DNA from: Callorhinchus milii
Lineage: Eukaryota
Assembly: GCF_018977255.1 (NCBI RefSeq)
Contig: NW_024704761.1
Coordinates: forward strand, 1,860,001 to 1,924,000
Direction of reading: 5' to 3'
DNA length: 64,000 nt
Of this stretch, positions 24,501-34,100 are shown one piece after another. The notes beneath the pieces were generated by a model. The model was not told where the DNA came from and did no database searches. It worked only from the letters and a program-made list of their open reading frames with translations. The translations under genes and the position numbers were made by a program. The first letter of the stretch is position 1. Each line of letters starts with the position of its first letter.

Positions 24501-26413
24501 TCCCCACGCCCCTCCCCGCTCTCTTCCCCCGGGCAGTGTGTCTATGGCAGTGCTGGTGCTGCTGGTTGTGTTATTGAGGTTGGCTGGGGTGGTGGGGCAA
24601 CCGGAGCCCATGTCGCTGGCTGTGGTGTTGGCCTGGTGTAACCTCATGTATTTCGCCCGCGGCTTCCAGCTGCTCGGACCCTTCAGCGTCATGATCCAGA
24701 AGGTGAGCAGCCCAGCCAGGAACACCAGGATCGTGCCGTGTCCAAGCCGGGAAGTGGGGCGATGCGGGTGGGGTGGGGGGGGGAAGAGCAAAAGTGGGGG
24801 CAAGTGAGGGAGTGGGGATGGGGGGAGGGGGAGCGAGAGGGCAGTGGGTGGGGGAAGGAGCGGGTGGGAGTGCGGTTGGGCGAGTTAGGGGGTGGGGGAG
24901 TGAGGGCGTGGGAGGGGGAGCGAGGGTGTGGGGAGTTAGGTGGGGATGTAATTTCTGCTGATGAGATTGTGTCTGTGACTCGGGACAGGTTCACTGGTTG
25001 CCTGAGCGGAGGTCGCACACTGTGTATCACCCACACCACCCTCTGGTGACCTGCTCTCTCTCTCGCTCTCTCTCTCTCCACAGATTATATTTCAGATTAT
25101 TCTGCCCTACCTGCTGCTCATGTTCGTTGTGCTGTTTGCATTCACATGTGGTAAGGACAGCCCAGCCCTTTCTCTGACACGCTCTCTCTCTCTCTCTTTG
25201 ATTCTCTTTTTCCCTCTCTCTGCCATTTCTGTCTCTCTCTCTCTCTCTCTCTGTCCTCTCCTTCCCTCTCATCTCTCTCCATCTCCTGGGTCTGTGCTGG
25301 GAATGACAGGACATGTCCTTGTCCCAGGTATCTACCTGTCTTTCCAAGAGGACCCCGACAAGTGGGAACGCTTCAGTGACTTCAGCACCACCCTCTTCAA
25401 CATCTTCATGCTGTTCTTCGGGCTGGTCAACATGCCGCTCAATGGGAAAATGCAAAAGCCGGACATGGCACAGCTGCTGTACACCGCCTACACACTCCTC
25501 GCCTTCGCCCTCATGGTCTTCCTCATCATCCACGTCATGTCCGAGCTCATCCGCAGGTTGATCAGGGAGCGGGACGAGATATGGAGAGGCCAGGTACGGA
25601 AACAAGTACATCCCCTGGCGCAGTGGTTAGCGCGCTCGCCTGGCAAGCCAGAGGACCTGGGCAGGGGTGGGGGTGGTGGAGAAACCTTACGCAACTTTCC
25701 TTACTCCACACACCTCTGTTTACCCGGCAGTAAGTAGGAACCCGGTTGTTAGTCGATTGGCAGATCGCTTTCCAGGGATAATAATCCCAAAAAAGAAACT
25801 GTTTATGGGGACGCCGCGGTGCATAAGTGGCTGCCGTGTTTCACCCACAAAATACAGTCAATTTACTTTACAGTATATTCCGTGAAGCGCTTTGAGATGT
25901 CTCGAAGACTTGATGTGGCGCTGTATCAAATGGCAGGATTATTATTGTTCCTGTTTTCCTGAAATCTTTCCCGATATCCAGGTGGCGGCCACCACATTGC
26001 TGCTGGAACGGCGACTCCCCAGATGCCTCTGGCCGCGACTGGGAATCTGTGGGACACCATATGGCCTGGGAGACAGCTGGTTCCTCCGGTGAGTTACCTG
26101 TCCACCTCCCCCAAGAGTGGACACCAGGATTGTTCACGCTGCGCACGAGGATTGCACACGGATTTAAATCCAGATAAGGGGAATTTCTCCCCATCAGTTT
26201 GCCGGGAGTTTCAGTGTGAACAGGGTGATGGGAACGGGCCTTGATGTCAGTGTGAGCAAAGCCCAGATTGAAAACAATCGGCTCAGCGATTCCGACAGCG
26301 TGGGGAGGAAGGGGAGGTGTGATGTCCTGCAAACTGAGCCCCGCTCACTGCCGTCTGTGTGTCTGTGTCTCCACAGGGTGGGCGACGGGAAGGACACCGA
26401 ATGCTGCCGGTGA
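16881..26413 (+). CDS. TRPV5/6 (ECaC)-subfamily cation channel, divergent paralog A; 15 coding exons, 643 aa
   Basis: Exons (all GT-AG, phases consistent): 16881-17005, 17964-18061, 18570-18692, 19380-19520, 21228-21326, 21908-22083, 22418-22567, 22952-23164, 23454-23540, 23942-24018, 24537-24702, 25084-25150, 25328-25593, 25982-26088, 26377-26413, totalling 1932 nt. Motifs: LLQQKR|ISESPL-type start, ankyrin repeats ([31 protein letters not shown]), S4 [20 protein letters not shown] box [26 protein letters not shown]. Exon sizes 98/123/99/176/213/87/77/166/67/107 match the TRPV5/6 gene structure. Confidence 0.95.
17041..17375 (-). mobile_element. tRNA-derived SINE, complete copy (TRPV-A intron 1)
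   Basis: Head GAGTCCTGCAGCTCAGTGGTTAGAGCACTCGCTTTGCAAG...GAGTTCAATTCC (A and B boxes); tail GTGAAGCGCTTTGGGACGTCC...GCGCTATATCGAATGCAAGGA(TTA)n. Dozens of fragments of this family occur throughout the window. Confidence 0.9.
20755..21140. repeat. (GGGGT/GAGGT)n G-rich simple repeat containing an assembly gap
   Basis: Direct reading; N run at 20904-21068. Confidence 0.95.
25614..25946 (+). mobile_element. tRNA-derived SINE, long form (TRPV-A intron 13)
   Basis: GGCGCAGTGGTTAGCGCGCTCGCC head, internal CAGTAAGTAGGAACCCGGTTGTTAGTCGATTGG segment and family tail. Confidence 0.8.
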
Positions 26414-27524
26414 GGGCCTGAAACAGGGTCGGGTCGGGGGTGGGGAGCGGAGAGACTGAGGGAAGGTCGCAGGAAGACAAACGTCCGAACAAGATCAAGG
26501 CTGAGCGCAAGGCAGTTTCTCTTTCTCTCTCTCTCCCGTGTCCCGGCTGACAATCTTCCCAAAATAAATAAAAATTGATTCACTCACTCCATGGCTGTTT
26601 GTGGGACATTGCTGTGTGCAATTGGCTGCCATGTTTGCCTGGAAAATACATAGTCACTCCACTTCACTTCACAGTATTCCCTATGAAGCGCTTTGAGACG
26701 CTTTCTGTAATAATCATCCTTGCATTTGATAAAACGCCTTATCAGGTCTTCGAGACGTCTCAAGGGGAGGAAGGGGAGACTGGGGACGTCTGTGACCTGA
26801 GATGCCAATCACAATGTTTCCAATGGGACCTCTCGGGCTCCAAGTTCGGCTGATGTTTAGCAAATCGCTGAGCGTTCAAGCGAGGAATCAGCTGTGATCT
26901 CTCTCTCTCTCTGGTAATGAGTGGCACAGGCTGTACCTGGCGAGACCAGATCTTATCAGCGCGGCTCCCAGTGCCTGTGAGACTCTCAGCACTGCTCTGA
27001 GACACACCCTTCTCTGTGTGTGTGAAAGCAGTGGCTGTGTGTACTCAGGTGTGTCTCTTGCATTTGATCTTGTACCTTATCACGTCGCTGAGACAACAAC
27101 AATAACAACTTGCATTTGTATAGCGCCCTTCACGCCGGGCGGCGTCTCAGAGCGCTTAACAACGGTGGAGCCCGAGACCAAGCCAAGGGGAGGGGAAGGT
27201 GACCGTAGGGGCTGTCGAAGAGGAAGATTGTCAGGCGCGACCTAAAGGTGGGGAAGGAGGGGGCGAGACGAAGGGGTTGAGGGAGGAAATTCCAAAGTTT
27301 CGGGGCACGGCGGCTGGGCAACAACAACAACAAATGTCCTTTGGTACCCCACACCTCGATTTATAAAGCCAAAAGATTTTATCTGCTTTTTTGACAGCTT
27401 TGTCAACTTTAAGCGCTTTGGGACGTCCTCCCGATGTGAAAAGCGCTATATCAAATGCAAGGATTAGTTAACTTGTCCAAACCACTCTCTGACGACTGCA
27501 CACAGACGCTGATCTGATTAAAGG

Positions 27525-27530
27525 TTTATT
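27525..27530 (-). terminator. Putative polyadenylation signal of TRPV-B
   Basis: TTTATT on plus = AATAAA on minus, about 610 nt after the stop codon. Confidence 0.55.
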
Positions 27531-28138
27531 GTATTTTATGTTCACCGGAAACGTTACATTTAAAAGTTAGCCGTGGAGCCGTGCGTGCAGCAGGATTTCT
27601 TTCCCCATCAATTCCCCGCGATGCTCATTATGAACAACAAGTACCAGGTGATTACCAGAGACACATTAAATTACTGAGCAATTACGGTGCTGCGCCAAGT
27701 CTCTCTGTACAGCTTCCCTCTCTTCATAACATCCACAGCTCCAGCCCACTCAGGTTAGTTATACGACCACAAACCACCCAGATCCCGTGATTAGAGACGA
27801 TTTAAAGATTAAAGCGAAGGAAATTCGGGCAAATCTAGTCGCATTCATTGGAAATAATCTGCAATGTCAAAAGTGATGGAGCCTTCAACCAAACTAGCTC
27901 GGCAATGAACTACGGTCACTAACTCGAGACAGATACACACACCACTGGTCTCCGCATTCATACACACGCTGGTCTAAACCTTCCCAAAGAGCTTCATAGA
28001 CACTTTCATATATACCTTATACACCATGATACGCAGCGCATATAGCATATAGCCTGATAGCACAGACAGATAGACACAGACCTGGCAGAGAACTACAGGA
28101 GGAAGGCGGGTGGGAGTTGACGCATGTCCTGCTGCCAC

Positions 28139-31100
28139 TCAGTGCACATGGTGACCTGGTGATTTGTGGTTGGTGGGCCTGTGCCTCGGGCCGTGCGGCC
28201 TGGTGCCCGGGCTCAGGCCGCGTTTCCTGCCGTCGGCCTGTGGCTGGACCGCCCGCCCTGTCCTGGTCCAGTCTCCGGCCGCTCTGCTCTCTCCTGTCGT
28301 CAAGTCCCTGGAGTTGCTCGGGGCAGGTTTGTCATTCCTGTCCTCCACCCTGCAACGCAAGAATAAGACACGGATAAGATTCCTTTCCTCGTGTCCGATA
28401 TAAGATTTTTATTAGCCGTCCGTTGTCCTTCATAGAGCTTTGCTCTCTGGAGGTGAGGCACCTGATCACATCCTCTGGACGTAATGCTTGAGAGGGGACC
28501 TGATGCAGGTTAGATTAGACAATAAAAGCGCTTGATAAGGTGAAGGTTGATTGTCGGCCAGGACACGGGGACAGAGAAACTCCCTTCTCTTTGTGGGCAG
28601 TGCCACGGCACCTTTAACGTCCACTCACACATCTCACCAAATATACCAACTGTTGTCCAGTCCGACCTTCTCCCCCCAGGTCCCAGCTCGAGGCCACAGC
28701 AGCCGGGGCAGCCTCCGCTCCAGGTGAAGTGTTGACGCGATGACCTGTGAGGAAAAGAAGCCAGATCAGGGGAGTTCCAGAGGGTGGGGCCCACCAAGGT
28801 GGAGCGGGCAGGGTGGGGGATGCTGAGCAGGCCGGTGCTGGTCGAGCAGACGGAGGGGACAGGTTGGTAGGGTTTTAGGAGGTCACATAGATAGGGAGGG
28901 GCAAGACCGTGAAGGGATTTAAAGGCCAGGATTTGAGGAGACAGAACGAGCGGCAGGTACCTGCGCCCGGTAGATTCTGTTGCGGTTCGGGACCACTCGG
29001 CGTAGGGTCCCCGCGATCAGGTTGATGAGGAGAATGGCCATCATTTGGAAGGTCATCATGATGTAGGCCACGTACAGCACCTTGATCATGTAGGGTGTGT
29101 AGACCTCGTAGTTGAGCGGGATGTCCAGCAACCCGAAGAACAGCATGAACATCAGGAACATCTCGTTCTTGAAGCCGTCGAAATACACCCACTTTTTGGG
29201 GTCAAGCTCTTGGAATATCACGTACAGGCCTGGAACCAGGACGCAGACGCAGCCCTTTACAATTTATTTATTTGGTCGGCCGGATGTCTGGCACTCGGGG
29301 AAAACCATCACCGTTGCTTAAGAGTCTCCAAACCCCCCACCCCCACACACACACACACGGAAATCCCAGAGATAGATTGTTGGAATGGAATGCGCTCTCT
29401 CTCTCTCTCTCTGGAGGGACACATCCTGCTTACCTACATCACGCACACACCGACGTCTCAGGCACACACTGAAGGATTGGGGCCGGGGGGACGGGGGGGG
29501 GGGAGTGAACGGAGGGATTAACAATGGGCACCTGTTGTGAATCCCACAATGATTATTAACATCAGGAAGAGATACGGCATCAAATTCTCCAGAACAATCT
29601 GAGGAAAGAGGAACAAGAGCCAATGTCAGCATTAGACCAACTGCAGCCAACAATGTGCGGGGGGAGGGGGAGTGGGGGGGAGCGGGTGCAGTGGCCGAAA
29701 GTGGAGGGGAACTAACAGCGTAGAGGGAGCTTTACTCTGTCTCTAACCCGTGTGGACGGACAGCGTAGAGGCAGAATCGATGATGGCTTTAAAGAAGGGA
29801 ATTGGACAAATATCAGAAAGGGAGAAATATAAAACATGTCAGTGGGGGGAGAGAGCGGACGGAGATCGGTGAGGGAGAGCCGGCATAGACGCGAAGGGCT
29901 GAATGGCCTCGTGCTGTGCTGTCCATGCCCCTGGTTGTCTGATGGGATTGTGTGCGGCTGGAAGGCTGCAGTGTAACAGTGCAGTTGGCACGGACTGGGA
30001 TGGCTCACCTTGTGGATGAGGATGGAGAAGGTGCCGAGAGTCTGGAATCCGCGGGCAAAGTGGATGAAGTTGCACCAGGCCAGGACCATAGCCAGGGACA
30101 TGAAGATCCCCTCGGACCCCGCACTGCTCAGCCTGAGCACGAGGATCAACAGCACCAGACACGCATAGCAAATACTGTCCCCGGTGGAGTTCAGATCAGG
30201 GACACGGTAAAGCAGGAGGGGAACTCGTCAACCAGTGACTGAACCGTCGCCGCCAATAACAACAACAACTTGTATAGCTCCCTTCGCGCGAGGCAGTGTC
30301 GCCGAGCGCTTAACAGCAGCGGAGCCTGACGCCAAACAAATACTCTCGAAGAATTCCCGCCACTGATACAGCACTCGAACCTCTCAAAGCACTTCGCAGA
30401 GATAGAGAGCTGTGGGCACACTGCGCCAGATAATTTGCACACAGCAGCGTCCCACAAACAGCCAAGAAGTGAGCGGCCAATTTTATTTGAAAAATGAAAT
30501 GAAAACCCACGTACAAGAAATAAAATCTTACTTTTATGTATATAATAATAATAATAATCCTTGCATTTGACACAGCGCCTCATCACGTCTCCGAGATGTC
30601 TCAAAGCGCTTCACTGAATGCACTGTAAAGTGAATTGACTGTATTTTGTGGGCGAAACGCAAGGGATACCTCGAATATTACTCACTTTATAGCGTGGAAG
30701 GGTCCTCCGTAGACAGTTTTCCCAAAGTAACCGGACACTCCATACCGTACCATGTCAGAAATCTAGGCAGGAAAACAATACACGGCTCAACACAGAGAGA
30801 GAGCAAAGCTCAAATGCTGAACAAAACATAATAATAACAACAATCCTCGCATTTGATATAGCGCCTCATCACTCTTCACAGAAAATGCTGAAAAGTGGAT
30901 TGACTGTACGATTGTGGGCAAAATGCAGCAGCCGATCGACCTGAATGAGTAATGCTCCTCGATGCTCTGGTATTGGTAATCGGTGAGTGGCCCACAGGTC
31001 TCTTCGGTCCCGTTAGGAGGAGCATCCCAGCCCCTTAGACATCACTCAACCGCCACGTGCCTGGCAGCCATTTAGCAGCCGACTCTCCAGTCTGGGTTTG

Positions 31101-34100
31101 GAGACTCTTTAGTGTTCTAGCGAGGAATCTCCGTGTGTCAGGCACCCGCTGACCTGGCAGGTACACACACACACACGCACACACACACACGCGCGCGCGC
31201 GCGGCAGTGTAACCAGAGCCAGGTCCTCACCTCTATGAAGAGGATGGCAATGGCTCCAAAAACGCTGATGAGCTCTCCCACCAAGCGGACCTGGTCTTTG
31301 GTTGAGACGTAGCAGAGCTGGAACATAGTCACAGGCACAGGGTTGTTGGCGGTAATGATAATGATGATAATAATAATAATCCTTGCACTTGGTATAGTGC
31401 CTTATCATGTCCTTAAGATGTCTCAAAGCGCCTCACAGGACATACTGTAAAGTGTAGTGACTGTGTATTTTGTGAGCGCAACGCAGCAGCTAGCTACTTA
31501 CAAAGAGCCACGGAGTAAGTGACCAATTTAATCGGGGTGACTGTCAGCCAGGACACCGGGAGAGAGAAACCCCTTCCTCTTTTCGAATAGCGCCGCGGGA
31601 TCTTTAACCTCGCGCTTTCCGTTATCTTTCCCCTCCCCCAACCCCACCTCCATTCGGCTCCCACCCCCGGTCTGGGTGCTTGTCCTCCTGAAGTGAAAGG
31701 CTCTGGACGGGTGTAAGATGTATCATGTTGCATTGCATTGTACTGTCTGGTGTTGGCCGCTGATGGCTATTCTGGTGCTGACCTTCAAAGGAGCCTCCAC
31801 CAATAGCTGTGTGTCTTCGGGATCGGTGACCACCTCTGGCCGTGGGATGAGGGGCCGGAAGGTGCAGCAGAGGGTGAAGATGATGATGTAGAGCAGGTAC
31901 AAGACACTCAGACAGCGGAAGTAATACTTCCCGTACCTGTTCCACTTGAAACTAACCAACTCCTTGATCGGGTGAAGGTCCAGGATTTTCAGAGCCTGAG
32001 ACCCAGCAGATATAATAATAATAATCATTATGATAATAATAATTATAATAATAAAAATGAATATTGGCAATACTGATACAAATAATAACAATGATAATGT
32101 AATAACAATCCTTTCATTTGATACTGTGTCTCAACAGTTTGTCGAGAATGTCTCAAAGCACATCACAGGACTGTTAGGTGTAGTGACTGTGTATTTTGTG
32201 GGCAAAGGAGGGGGCCAATGTGCACATGGCAATGTCCCGTAAACAGCCATGAAGTGATTGAACAATGTTATCCGGGGGATTGTCAGACACAGAGAGAGAA
32301 ACTCCCTTGTCTTTTAGAATAGCGCCACCTGAACAGGGACCTTTGCACCTCTTACTCCGCTGTTACTCTGAACTCACACTGGATGTTTGCCAGGTCAGCG
32401 TCTCTGTCCGACATTCCCCTCTCACCTCAATCTCTTTACTGAACACAACCAGGTCCAGGACCGAGCAGTTGTCGTCCCAGGAGTCAATGCCGGAGATATC
32501 GTAGAAGGTAGTGGAGACGGATTGGAAAAACCATTGAAGACGACGTTCTCTCTTTCTCAACAAATGCTGAAACAACTGCAAGGAAAGAGCAGCAGCTCAA
32601 GTGGCCTGACCGTCCCCGAGCCCAGCGGAGTGCCAGCCAGGCCCTGCTCCAGCTCAAACCCCCACTGCTGGTTATGTGTCTAGATACTGGTTATTGTATG
32701 TGGGGAGTAGGGCAGGGACTCTGACATGGAAGTTAATGTGTGTGTTTGTGGTGAGATATGGTGCATTGCTTACAGTAATGCATCTTGCCTTCCAAGAGAG
32801 TCAGGAACTCTCCTCAAAGCCCTTCATGGGATTGTGAACCATATTGGTTAGAAGCTCATGATATTGCATAGACCACATGAGGGTTAGATTAGTTAGTCGG
32901 ACGGTCAGTCGGTCAGTCAATTAGTTAGTGATAGAGTTGGTGGCTTCTGTGAGTGAACTGTACATGTTCTATGATTCGCTGTGGTTCTGGGTGTGTGGGG
33001 AGCTGTGTGTTGGATGGGTTACATGGTCTGGCTAGTGGGCACGACTGTCCTGTGGGAAGCACTGAGTTAGCCTGGGTCTGTGTCCTGTCCTGTGTAATGA
33101 CGGAGTTGTTGTGGGAGCTCTGTCAGGTTCAGGTCACAGTGTTGTGTGGCTGCTGCGGGGGCCACAACACCCACCCTGTGAGCAGCTCAGGGTGAGGAGC
33201 TTTCATTCCCACCTGCACGTTGCCCTCCTGGGCTGCCAGTTTGAAGGGAGTCAGCCCAGCCTGGTTTGTCATCGTTTCCACTGTGGCCCCGTCTTTTGGT
33301 TCGAGGGAAAGAATCAAATCAAACATCTCCGTGACTTTCGTCTGGGTCTGGAGTACCAGGTGGTGGAGAACAGTGTTACCTGCAAGATGGCCAGAAGGAG
33401 TGACCCAACACAGTGTCAGACGGTCTGAGACTCAGCGTCAGTTAGACTGCTCCAGAGAACATCCTGTGCCCAGTGCCACAGAAGGAACTTGTTTAAGGAA
33501 TTCTGTACACTTTACCCTCGGTGAACAGGACACCCACATGACTTACCCAGGGAATCCTGTGCTTTGATATCTGCTCCGTTCTCTATCAGGATCCTGACGA
33601 TCCCCTCGTTGCCAACACACGCGGCGAAGGACAGCACGTGCTCACCTGAGAGAGAGAGAGAGGGAGAGAGAGAGACAGACAGACAGACAAATTAAAAGCT
33701 GCAAATAGAAACAAATAAATCTCTCTCTCCAAAAGGAAGCAGTGACATTGAGGTCTATGGGGAGTCACTAAAATCTTTTCTGCTATAATTTTAGATCAGA
33801 AAATTCCATATAAAGTATCTTAAAGATTTACTATTTGGAAGGAGGAAAACCGGTCTCTTTGGGGCTGAGCTGATTCCAAGTTAACACAGCTGGAGATGGA
33901 AGATGGGAATCGAGCCCACCCTCTGTGCCGGTCTCTAGTCCGGTTCCTGAGCCCGGCGGGTCCACAATATTCCAGGGCACTCACTGCTGATGACAGCACA
34001 GCCCGGCCTGGCTCTTCGGAAGGTCCCTGGAAGGGCCGACCAGTCACTGGGGGCAGGTACTCAGCTCCCACAAGATAAATCCCAGATAACATCCAAATTG

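Noticed and set aside
33980-34050. CTGATGA motif in a dispersed repeat suggesting a hammerhead ribozyme
   Set aside because: No properly placed GAAA and no convincing stems II and III by eye.
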